Made by a program: the position numbers and the translations under genes. Of a stretch of DNA of 64,000 bases, positions 28,352 through 40,900 are shown piece by piece; within the stretch, counting starts at the first letter, position 1; every line of letters begins with the position of its first letter. Under the pieces are notes generated by a model. That model saw only the letters and a list, made by a program, of their open reading frames with translations, ran no database searches and was not told where the DNA came from. Source of the stretch: Phoronis australis (taxonomy: Eukaryota; Animalia; Phoronida); the NCBI GenBank assembly GCA_002633005.1, contig NMRA01000434.1:133884-197883 (forward strand), in the 5' to 3' direction.

Positions 28352-28941
28352 ATGAACTATTATGCACGCATTTATGCTTCGAGATATGGTCCACCTAAAT
28401 TTGGTGACTGCGTAGACATGCCAACTGTTGTAACTGCTCCGGAGGTGAAAATTGAACAGCTGTCCTGGCGGCATCCTGTTTGTCACGGTGATACAAGCGA
28501 ACACACTTCAAGATATTTTAACAGCAAAGACGAGAGAGGAGGCTACAGAAAATCCCTAGAAAAACAAGAATTGAACTGTTTACCAGAAAACCTCTCTGCT
28601 ATGTGTGAAAGTAGTGAAGAAATTGGAGACAACGTTCATGAGCAAGCGGATCTATTTGATGCAAGTGAATCAGTATGCGAATACATCTCATGTGTAGCAG
28701 ATGGCTCCAGCGAGGGTAAACATGCAGTCCTCAGAGCTAATAATTCAAAAAGATTCACAGCTAATAATCCTGAGGTAACTAACTCTTCAACAAACGAAAA
28801 TCCCGATGCTGGTTACGAATTACTACGTCACACTGAGGAGTCACTGGGAAAGGACCAATACGTGTCTGTTGAAAGACACGCCTTGATAGAAAAAAAGTTG
28901 GGTTCAACGGCCAAACATGGAAAGCATCCTAAATGCTTCCG
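28352..28941 (+). CDS. POLN: POLN coding exon 1 (variable N-terminus)
   Basis: Acceptor ttttag at 28343, ATG at 28352, long open frame, donor CG|gtaaac (phase 2) matching the next exon. Confidence 0.7.
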
Positions 28942-31900
28942 GTAAACATTTTCTTTTTTTGCTATAGGTAAATAATTAACCCGAGCTATTTTGAATTAAG
29001 GTGACTACTTTCAGTTCATAAATTTAGGCTTTATTATTCGGACGATTAGGTACTCTTGTAATGCGACACTGTTTCGCCGCTGTTTAGCTGTCAATGTTAA
29101 AATTTTAACCGAAGCACGTTGGCTCAAAAACATTACCACCGACGCTCATCCGATCATGAAATGTTGCCTAATGAACTGCCGATCTCTAGTCACAGAAAAT
29201 GCGCACGCGTACATGCGCAATTTGGGAATTGAATATTGTTAGTAAACCCCAGTAAACACCGAAACTTTTGTTTTAGTCGCTCATGGTTCCGTGTTCTTGT
29301 TGGTAATGAAAATCGAATTCCCATATCATGATGAAGAATAGCATGATTGTCGCTTTTATGAGATTTTAAGCTCACCTCAAAAGTAACTTTTAAATTCATT
29401 TTCATTTTTTTGACGGGCTGAAAATGTAGTTTAGTAATGATTATTTCAGAGTACCATTCAAGACCAAAGAGTTACAGTGTTCGAATTCCTCCAAAAAGAA
29501 ATTGCTGCAAACTACTGTGTCATCATATTTTAAGGATGTTAAACAGGTGTGTGTGTTTGTCGTGTCACGTAGGCTCATTCTGCCTCTCTCTCCCTTCTTG
29601 GACTAGTTTTTAAGTATGTCGTTAGATGTGGCCTTTTAGATTGCCATTATGGACGCCGCATGCTCGGCACAGTTATTGGAGTTATTTACGTAGTTATTCT
29701 CAGAATTTGGCCTTGTTACAGAGGATAAATTAGTTTTTTCACCATACAGCTTACAATAAATAATTCACTTCTGGAATTGTTGTAATTGGTGACACCCCGC
29801 CCCTACGGGACAGGACAGTGTTGTATTGTTAACATCGTTAGTCATGAAAGGGTTTCTGAAAAGAAGTAAAATTATGTTGATTGCTTTGTTCACACAATTA
29901 TGCACTGGAAGCCTATGCTGCAGTTTGATATTTGATTAGTGCAGAAAGAATTTCCCTTAGTTAAATGTGAGGAAATTTGCTCATGTGATGCCTTACAATT
30001 AAATAATAATTTTGGATGGTTTTATACGGATAAAAATACCGGTGCTTAGGCCCACAGAGTTCCAGGATTAGCATTCTATTCTATTCTAGATCGCTAATAG
30101 AAAGCATTATTAACGAAGGAGCTGTTCTTAAGAGACGCGCTCTGTCGATCAAACTATCAGGTTAAGATTTTTGATGACTGCGCAGTTTACAAATCTAAGG
30201 TGCTCAGAGTGCACGTACTGACAATCGTAAAAACTGATTTCTGAGATTTTGAAATTAAAGGTTTACCAACATGTTACCATTGAAGTGAACCAGAGTTCAC
30301 GTCAACGCGAATAAACTGCGAATTTTTTTGGAGACGCCTCTCAACCCCTCATGGGATGCTCGTTCCTCATGCTCTCCCAGTTGCCCGTCAAGTACGCGTA
30401 TATTTGTTAGCATTCCTTCGGGATTTGTCTAAGAACGTAATAACTCAAAATTTGTGCTGTGCACGACTTCAGATAGTGCTTATATTGTGTTGCCACGTGG
30501 CAAGGTTATTTTTCTTCTAGAAACCTGCAGGAGTTCTGATTTGCATGCATTCTTGTGTTTACAAAAATTAATTGATTCTTAGACGATTGTTTGACTATTG
30601 TATAATTATCTTGTAAGTCGGAAATTGCAGTGAACGTTGTTGTAGGCTGCAATTTGGTTAACTCTTTGTCATCCTAAACCACGCAGCAAAGTGCACTTAA
30701 TCCGTCTAGGAAATTGGTGCTTTGGTGAAATTCAGGCAGCTCAATATCAGTTGCCTGCCCTCGGAGGTGGAGGAGGGGGGCATAGGAAACCTGGTCGCTC
30801 ATTTTGAACAAGAGGTTTTGAAACAGAACATTAGCCAGCGTACCAGGGACCCCTTAACCGCTCCCTTTTAGGGTGTCGGCTTTGATATGCATAACCCTAA
30901 TAAAATGAAATTGCCCAAACTGAACCTTAATAAAACGCGTCTTGACTCATAGACCTCATCCTCATTTTCATTCTGGGAAATAGACGAATCTCCCCCCCCC
31001 ACTAAAAGCGAATGTTGTCTGAGGCCTTTTATAGTGTTTTTGAAAGCGCCGGATTCAGGCAACCTACATTGAAACCACTGGGTTCCACAAAATTGAACTT
31101 TTTACTTTAGTTGTAGGAGGACAACAACATTTCCGAGAGCAATGTATTTCGCTGCTGAAGGAAAATGTGTGCTTCTGAGCAATTTAGGACTTTTACCAGC
31201 GACTGAGGTGAACGTATTATGATAGTGTATATATTTGATAGAAACGCTAATGTACATACATCTAGCTGGCTGGTTAGGTGAGTAGGTGAGTGGTTGCTAT
31301 CAAACAAAAAGCTAGATAGATGCCAGATCTAAATGTTCCAACTGGTGAGGTGCTCTTTCTTCGCTCACAGGGATTCCCCAACAGAAAAGTCCTCGACATC
31401 TTTGCTTGAAGCGTAGTTTCATTCGTTTCAATGGTGATTCTTTGTCTTCCGGTGGAATATCAACAACGACGTCGTTACTTTGCGTCTTCCTTGCAGAACT
31501 TTCACCCTCTTCACTATCATAGAATTTGAAAAAATCATCTATGGCTTCCTCGATAACTGGCACAACCCACTTATTATACTAAGTGTCATTTGTTATTGGT
31601 TCGTCATCATCAGCATCTTCCACAGAGGAAGTCGAAAGCAAATCCTCTAAATCTAGAGTTATAGCTTTAGTGTTCCGTTCTGAGCCACATCCATTCAACA
31701 ATCTAGGGTGCCGTACGCAACCCCCTCTTCCAAATCAACTTTCAAGTTTGGTTGATTTCGTAAGACTACACCTGGCTTAAGTGTATTTTCGGTATCGGCA
31801 TAATTGACCTTGGTAACGAGAGTTCGGCCACGACGGGAATAACAGCAACAAATTCAGTAGGTTGGTCTTGCGTAGTCGGGATATTTTTTTCTTTGGGAGG

Positions 31901-34900
31901 ATTTGTAAATTGAACGGGCTTGTTTGGCATCTTTGTTATCTGCCGTTGGGGTCGATTCTTGCCGTTGGCATTTCATTGGCGGAATGTCATCTCCATGTAT
32001 TATGTTATCCCCACATGTCACAGACATTTCAGTCACCAGGTCATCTATGATCGTCTTGTCATCATTATGACAATCTTGTGTGTTGTGGTGGTACTTCTTT
32101 AAATCAGCATGCCCACAGCGATTGATATTGCTGGGCAGGACCTCGAGACCAGCATCGTTGTTTCTGTTGTTATGGGATTTAACTTTAATGCTCTCTCCCA
32201 TAGCCACTACTAGCAATTGCATGAGTGCTCCGTTCTCGAAGTCGGTAATGGGTGGTGTTATCGTGAGTGTAGCCAGAACGGGAATAGGAGCACCGGTGAG
32301 TTGATCGTTTAAAGACAGGACATCATCTTTAGACGGTTTTACTAAATCAGTCAAAGCGTCTGGGTGTCTTTGCTGTCAGCCGCTGGGGTCAATTCTTGCA
32401 GTTCACTTTTCACTGCCGGGATGTCGTCTCCATGCATTTTGTTAGCCTCAAACGCTACAGGCATTCCGGTTAAAAGGCTTCCCTCAGGAGTGACTAAGGT
32501 CTTTGATATCCTGATGGTAAGAAGGGCGAGCGGTTGTTTGTCTCCCGGTGGAATATCCAAATCGACGTCGTTAGTCTGCGCCTCCTTTGCAGTGCTGTGA
32601 TATCCAGAACTTTCCTCCTCTTCACTACTCTCGTCAAAATGGAAAAATTCATCGAAAACTTCATCGATAACTGGCACGACCCACTTCTTATACACTTCGT
32701 CATTTATTGATGGGTCGTCATCATCAACATCTTGTCCAGGGGAAATCGAAAGCGAATCCTCTAGATCAAGAGTTAGCTTGAGTGTTACGTTCTTTTCAAA
32801 TCAATTCTTGCCTTGTCTTCATCATAACAATTTAGAGTGCCGTAGGGGACCCCCTCTTCCAAATCAGCGTTCAAGGAGCGGTTAATTTGTAAGGATGCAC
32901 CTGGAGTTCAAAATAGACGTTTTCGTCGTCGTGGAATGTAATTTCATCGCTCTCTCTCATGACCAAGCCTAGAGCTGGGTTTAAATGTATTTTCGATATC
33001 GGTAATTGACGGTGCTAACCGGTGTTCGGCCACGACAGGAATAGCGCAACAAATCCAGTGGGTCTGTCATGCGTAGTCAGGATATCTTATTCTTTGGCTG
33101 TTTTAGAAATTCAATGAGATCCTATACCGGGCTTGTTTGGCATCTTTGCTATCAGCCGTTAAGGTCGATTCTTGCCACTGTCATATCCAGGTATTTTGTT
33201 ATCCCCACGTGAGATTTCAGTCTTGTCGTTATTATGACAATATGGGCTGCTGTGGTGGACCTCATCTTTTAAATCAGCATGTGCTGAGCAAGTGATTATG
33301 CCGGGTAGAACCTCGATACCAACAGCGTTGTTGATGTAGTATTGGAATGTAACTTAATCGTTCTTTCCCATGCCCAAGCCTAGAGCTGGCTTGAGTGAAC
33401 TTTCGAAATCGGTAATGGGGGAAGCTACCGGGAGTTTGGCCACGTCGGAAATAGCAACAAATTCAGTAGGTTGGTCATGCGTAGTCCGGATATCTTCTTC
33501 TTTGGGCGGTTTTAAAAGTTCAATGAGATCCTACAGGGATTGTTTGGCATCTTTGCTATCAGCCGGTGGGGTCGATTGTTGATGCTGACCTTTCATTGAC
33601 GGGATGTCATCTCCAGGTATTTTGTAATCTCCACGTGACATTTCATTCACCTGGTGATCCATGGTGGTCTTGTCGTTATACAATCTGGAGTGTTGTAGTG
33701 GGCCTGTTTTAAATCACCAAGCGCAGATAGATTGACTTTGCCGGGCAGAACCTCGAGACCAACACCGTGGTAACTGCTGTCAAGGGATATAACATTGCTC
33801 TCTCTCTCATAACCACACCTAGAGTTGGCATGAGTGTTCCCGTCTCCGGCATCGTGATTGTGGCCAGAACGGGAATAGGAGAAACGGTGTGCTGATCGTC
33901 CAAAGACAAGATATCATTTTCTTTGGACGGTTTCATTACATCAATCAGAGGGTCCGGGACATCTTTGTTATCAGCCGTTGGGAGCGATTCTTTAATTCCT
34001 CTTTCACTACTGGGGCGTCGTCTCCATGAATTTTTTAGCCTCAAACGCTATTGGCAGTGTTTTCAAAGGTTAGGCCACGGTTTTTTGATTAATGGGCCTA
34101 CGGATTATTTTTACCTTTTCCCGATATCGGAAGAGGAAAAAAACGTCGTCGGGGATTTTTTTCTGGCCCGGATTATAACAAAAAATAAAAAATCGAAAGG
34201 TCTGGCCAAATGTAACAACGGTTACACATGGCTACTGTATTCTTTTCAACACACACAGTAACCCATGATCACAATTATATGAATCAGTTATGATGTATCA
34301 TCCGTCAGGCTAGACGTATCATCGGTTACTGCATGTCTACCTCGATGATACATCAGTGTACGGTATCATTGGTACTTCTTACCGATAATACTTTTCCGGA
34401 CCAGTTCCCAAACCCGGGATAAGGAGCTAAACAATATTCCAGCAGATCCATAATCGATGCTTTCAAATGCGCCACCAATTCAGATTTGAACAAAGCCTTT
34501 CCACGCGCCCCCAAATAGTGACGTCATTTTTAGGTGTTTTTGTATCATGTGGATACTAGTTTGGGGGCACAGAACAATTCTCACCGGGTTTTGCCCAGCA
34601 AAACACACGTCACTGGATTTGTCACATTTTCTTCACTCAGCCGAAAACTAGATGCAAAGAATGACATGTTTTCAGTTATTTCGCATAAAAAGCCCTACAG
34701 ATCAGCACAGAAACTTTATTGTGTCTCGTATTTTCGACCCTTTCACTCCTACTGAAAAGGATGGTAGGCTAAGAAAAAAATGGGCAAGAAAGCACAAAAT
34801 CGGCACTTTTCACCCCAAAAATACCACTCCCTTGCCGATGCATGACTAAAACCAACATTATTCTGAAAGCAAATTTCCTACCAATTCCGAAAATGTGGTC

Positions 34901-37900
34901 CAAAAGTACTGTCAACCAACTATTTTGGCAATTCTTGCTTGAAATCGCAGCTAATGTCTCAATCGCTACCCAGCAATGCACAATTGCAACCGGGGGCCGC
35001 CATCTTGAAGAAGAGTGCAGCAACAGCCGAGCCTGTAGTCTTTTTTCATTCTCATCATGTTCACAAACACAAACAAGCCACATTCACCGAGCCTACATGT
35101 AATGCCTACCTACAAAATGTCCCCAAGCTTGGCCTATCCCTAAATTTTAATATTTTGCAAATTGACCGTGGCAGCAGCTTAACTATTCAGTGTCACCTTG
35201 AAGCGCTGTTCAAAGTCTTCCAATAGTGGAACTCTTGGTATCACGAGTACTTTTGGCAATGCTACAGGTCGTGTAATGGCGAAATTCAAACTTTAGTGCT
35301 GTCTGATTTTGTCGTCTGGTTGAACGCCACATAGCAGCATTTAGATACTCCGAACAACTTGGTATTCAGGGTTCAAGTATTGAGAAAATTACAAAAGCGC
35401 ATTATTTTGTGCACAAATTATCAGGAGTATAAATGAATGTAAAATATACTTATATAGCGTTTTTGTTTAAGAAAAGAAAAATTATTCGGATTAAAAATGC
35501 GCCACGGAAACGAATTTATTGGTCCAGCACCTGTTCCAATTAAACGTTCTCGAGTGAGCAGTTCTTCTGGGAAGTGTTAAGGGACCCTTAAAAGGACCGT
35601 TGGTTGTACTGTGCGTGAGCCACGGGTATAGAGTAGAAGGGTCCTTAAAAGAACCGTTGAATAATTTAACATACACAACAAAGTACTGAAGGTCTTCTTC
35701 ATTCAAGTCTTCATCAGGAAATGTTGGATGAAAACAAAGTATAATGACAATATCGATGACATTTGTAACACCTTTTAAAAATAGATGCTGCTGTTCACCA
35801 ACGTTGTCACGAACCCTGACTCATTCAGTTCTTGTTTCTGGATCTACAAGTAATCCTGAACCTTAAGGAAAAAACGACCGACAACACAACGAACCAAGTT
35901 TCAACGCATCAACTTATGGTTGAGTTGGGTAGAAGAAACAATGTACCTCGACCAGAGAGAATTTGTAAACTTTGTAACACCGATGAAATTGAAACAAATA
36001 TACACTTTTATTTGATTGTCATGTCTTCGCAGTCCTACGGAAATATATATTATGTCTTCTTAGAAATAGAACCACTTTAAGCACTCTTGGGTTAAGATTC
36101 TATGTATGTTTTAAGAAATGCAGCATCATTCATTCAACAAGCAATGGCAATTAGGAGCAAAATTATGAGTATTTGATGAATTGTCGAGATTATATTGTTT
36201 GTATATTGATATGTTAAATTGTGGGCCAATGGAACTATGAGTTTTGAAATAAATGTTTTGTTTGTTTGTTTGTTTGTTTGAAATTCATCTCCTTCGTACG
36301 AGTCTGTTTTGCTCTGACCAGACTGAAGCTCTTCTCCAATATTCATGACGAAAAATTGCATACATGTACGCTCTCGTCCTTTATTTCTATCCCAACCCTT
36401 TTTCGCAGAAAGGGGTGTTCTGTTTTTGTCCCATGTTGATAGTGCATAATTTTTCTCAACAATGTATTAACCGTGTTGAATCCATTTATGTGAACTGGCC
36501 TCATTGATTTGAACCGAATATAAATTAACTAACATTAAAAATTTTTGAAAATAATGTGTAGGCCTATCGAGATCGATTTTATGACAGTAAGAGGCCTAAT
36601 TCTGTTTTTGTTTTTCAGCCAGCAAAACTAGTAGTACTGCAGTTTTAAGGCGAATGAGTGTTTATAAAATCACCCCATTAATATTAGACATGTAAATTTA
36701 TTGTGGCGTGATAAATATAAGTTCTGTCCTCTCCTCAGATGATGTCTGGACTGTTAACAGGTGGAAGATCTAAACATAAGCGTTGTCATTGATGTCGCCG
36801 ATCGATCCTGATAGTTCTGCTGTATACTGTGTAGGTCAAGATTGTGTAGCTGGTCTTGATTACTTGTCCTGATGGTGATGTTGGAGACATCGAAACGTGT
36901 TGAAGTTGAAAACTCGATTAACATTGTCACTTTCTTGTCTTCGTTGAGGCCATAAGCGTTATACCCTGTTTCACATCACGTAAGGTCGTATGTGCTGAGT
37001 CATCTTCCTTATAACGTAAAATGTAGATTTTTTCCAGTACAACTGCCATTTGAATTATTTGATAAAGTGATATGCCCATCACATTGTCATGGCTAAGAAA
37101 TATGAGATTTTAAGGAGTACGAAAAGGTGCCTTTGCGTGAAGCTATTCTTTTTTGAAGTACAACAAGTTGAAACCGCCAACGTTAATACTACTCGGGTGG
37201 TACTCTGCTATTTTTCAGGCACGCATGTCGATGAAAAATTAGATTACCTTTAGAACATTTATTTTTTATACAAAATACCTGCTCCCCATATTATACGCAG
37301 TTGTACAATATGTAAAGTTACGTTATCTACATCGTCTCTTACCAGCTGTCAAAGTCGCATTCATGTAGGAAGCAATTTGTAAACTGTTCCCGTCAAATTT
37401 TGAAAGCCCCTCGTGGGTTCCTGAGTTGTCATCCTTGCCCAGCTGAGGCCAACCGGCTCAAACCTGTTGAGTTCCGATTCTGAGTTGGCGAACGTTCAAT
37501 TCTGCGCTTCACAGGCTACCTTTGTAAAATGGCAGGAAAACAAGGACATAAACCTATGACAACGAGAAGTGCAGGTCGATGACGCCGTCAAAAACTTGAA
37601 AAATCAAGGGTTTCGAGCAGAGGCTGAGTGAGGCTGAGAAATGGGTAGAAGACAACGCTGAGGCTGTTGTGACTGCAAACGCCAAAATTTGGAAAACACA
37701 AAAGTTGGAAGACAAAATTTGACATCTGAAAGAAGCCGAGTTTGATACCGAACGCAGATCTAGAAAATATAACCTTTTGTTATATGGATTGCCAGTTGAA
37801 CAAAGCGAGAGCATTATACAAAAAGCCAGAAAAGTTATTGCGGATACCAACACTCCGAAAGCAAACCACTTACCGCCCACAAATGTACATCGAGTTCCCT

Positions 37901-40900
37901 ACAGGAAGACTCACACTCCAGGACAACCTGGTCCAGTAATCATTCGTTTTTCATGCGTCATGGACAAGAACATAGTTTTTAAGAATAACAAGGGGATTGT
38001 TCTGATCCCCCACAACCCTCGACCCACGACAAACTACACTTTACAAAAGCTCGACTCAATCTGAAGAACTCGCGCTAATTCGTTGCAGCACCAACGAGTA
38101 TGGCAGTGAGCTCGGCTATTTTTTGGCAATGTTTGGAGCCGATTCGGCAAGTCTGAAAACCAAAAACAGAACTAAACAACTCCAACAAATCAAATCAAAG
38201 ACCTACCAACGTCACAAATCGTCTCGTTCCCGTCTGCTCTTTAGTGAATGGCAGGTTCAAGCTATTTTGGAAGAGTCTGAAAAGCTCACGGATATGTATT
38301 TTTTCAGTAAATACATTTTGAAAAAAATAATGTTAACTAAAAAGCTTCTCTAAGTTACATGTAGTATATTGTACGCGAGTATACGACAAAAAGCAAATAA
38401 TAAATACCGGTATGTGAAATTATGTGAAAAAATTGTTAACGTACTCTCTCCCTAAGTTTAGTGGACCAGGGTTATTGGCAGCCGCTGGTGGTTCCGTGAC
38501 AACTATAGCACATTCACAATCCGCCATTTCAAATCATCTTACATTCGTTTCTGTTTTAACCACCAGTCTTGAGGCAGAGCGGATTCGAATGTACTACAGG
38601 TAAGTCTTATGGGAAAGTATCTCAGCCACGTAATAAGATAATGACGTGAAAAAAGCGGAAAGATACCTCTATTCCCGCAGGTCGTGGGTCGAGGGGGTTG
38701 TGGGTTGTTGAAGCTGTGGGTCGAGGGGGGGGGTTCGTCGGGTGTGGGTTCGAGGGGCTTTAGAACAATCCGAATGAAGCGGCAACTGGATCACAGGCTT
38801 ATGGGTATATGCGTCAGTTTCGAATTCGCAAATTTGGGGTTGACCAACCGCAATAGTCTTTGAAGTATTTTATTGAGTCGCTGCTGGTTTCTGCAAATTT
38901 TTTGTTGATGGAAATAGTTTTATTATGGTAAAGAATAACATGAGACCGATTTGATGAGATTAAGTGACTTAATTCATTTTTCGTCTTTTGGCAGTTTAAC
39001 ATTTGGTTTTAATATTTGAATAAATTTCCCTTAAGATAGAAATTTATTAAGTTTGCATGATTCATTGGTAGCGCAAAATTAGGTAATTTTGAAAATGTTT
39101 TTTCTTGCAGGGATTGAATGCTTATTCCTGTTCGGAACAAAAAGATTTGGGAAAGACAACACAGACTGATATTGTTGTCGACTCCTCAACAAATCTAAAA
39201 GAATTGGAGGCTGTGTTAAAGCAAGCTGATGATGTGGTGTTCACCCTGACGTATTCTGATGGCAGCACTCAGCTCAGGGAGCCTCTGGCTTATGGAAATG
39301 TATGTTTTCACTTTCCTCATTGGAAGTTTAAACGTATTGTTCAATTAATTACTAAAAGAATCAGTTAGCAATAGAACAAAATGAAAATGCAATGTGTGTG
39401 CTATTGACATTTTTTTTTGTATTATACTGGAACATTTATTTCAGAAACGAAAAATAGAGGAAGCCATCGTGAAGTCCTTGAATTTTGTAATCTACTGTGC
39501 AGACAGTGAGCCACAAGTAGAACTCAAGAGAGTGTTCTCACTAGACTTAGAGAGCGAGCAAAATAAGGGTATCAAATGGTTAGTGCTTGTGTTTCTGTTG
39601 AAACTGTTCCCTATTTCTATGTTCAGCTCAAGTTTTTATCCTTATCTTTGTTTTGCCGGAATAATATGCCCTCCGTTCTCTTTTAATTTAGGAACGTCCT
39701 AACTCTCCTGATGTCATCGCTTTCACCAAAGATATGTTTCGATGCGCAAGAGATGATCTCTGTCTTATTGGAGTTTTTTGGATCACAGTGCAGGAGAGGT
39801 GCTTGTATCATTATCTGTTTTAGAACAAAGAGAGTAACCCACATTTATGCACACAAACGTATCTCAGTCAGATTGTTTATTTTCATTGATTTGAATAGTA
39901 ATTAGGGGACCTTCACATATTTTTCTCAGTCTTGTTGTTCAAGATTTGCCTTTGCTCAGTCCGTTTCCCCTCTCAGTGCTTACAGGTAAGTTTAATTATA
40001 CACCAAGAAACATCTTGTCAACTCATTTTGGTATTGCAATTTTTTATCCAAACGCACGACATTTTTCAATCATTGTTTTAAAGAGGCCTAGAACGCAATA
40101 AACAAACTAAATTGCAAGGGAAAGAGGTTTTCTGTCACTGAAACAGAATTCAATCAGCTCACCAGGTATTTTTAGGGTTTGTTCATAAAGATTTTTAATT
40201 TCTGTTGATATCAAAGCATTTTCTTTTCGTTGCAAATTTCAGAAAACGATCTCGCTATTCGGAGAATTCTCCTCGCGGTGTCGCTGCTGTACTAGTGGTG
40301 ATTGAATTGCGCATGCGTGGCTGTCTGCATATAAACAACTGGTAAAAGATGGGATTTTTATCAAAATACGTCGTCGCGCTAAGCCTTATTACTGCTAATT
40401 TCCGTGGTGCAAGTCTTCGACAGGTGGCCACAAATTCCCAAAATACCTAAGGTTACTATATTCGTGGACAATTGCGGTCAACAGGGTCAACTAACTGACA
40501 AAAAGTGTGTGGATGCTGAAGCCCCGTGTGTGCTCTATGTCTACTGATGACTATGCAGTTCCATTCGGAGACTACACAACATTACTTGATAAGTTTTTAG
40601 CAATCAGTTTCTATCAACATCGTTCGGTGATGTAATCCCCACCAGTTACCCCACTGATTAACAGTTTTATTGAGTCGAACTAAGTGTTTCTTTTTGGAAA
40701 CTCACCCGATGCCGGGTAGGCTAGCAGCACATATTCATATTCGTCCTGGGTGGGAGTGCTCCCAAAGTAATAGGTGTATGGTACGTGATGCTCAGAAGTC
40801 AAGACTGTCTTTTTCACAGCAGTTTCTCTTCAAAATTATGCTGTTTCCAATAAATTCTCTAGATGAGTGAGTTTCCGTATTTTATCGTGGACCCCACCCC

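Noticed and set aside
35695-35725. Other CTGATGA-type hammerhead candidates (minus strand here, and ~54818-54852)
   Set aside because: They lack a properly placed stem II plus GAAA or have a broken core, so they cannot be supported.
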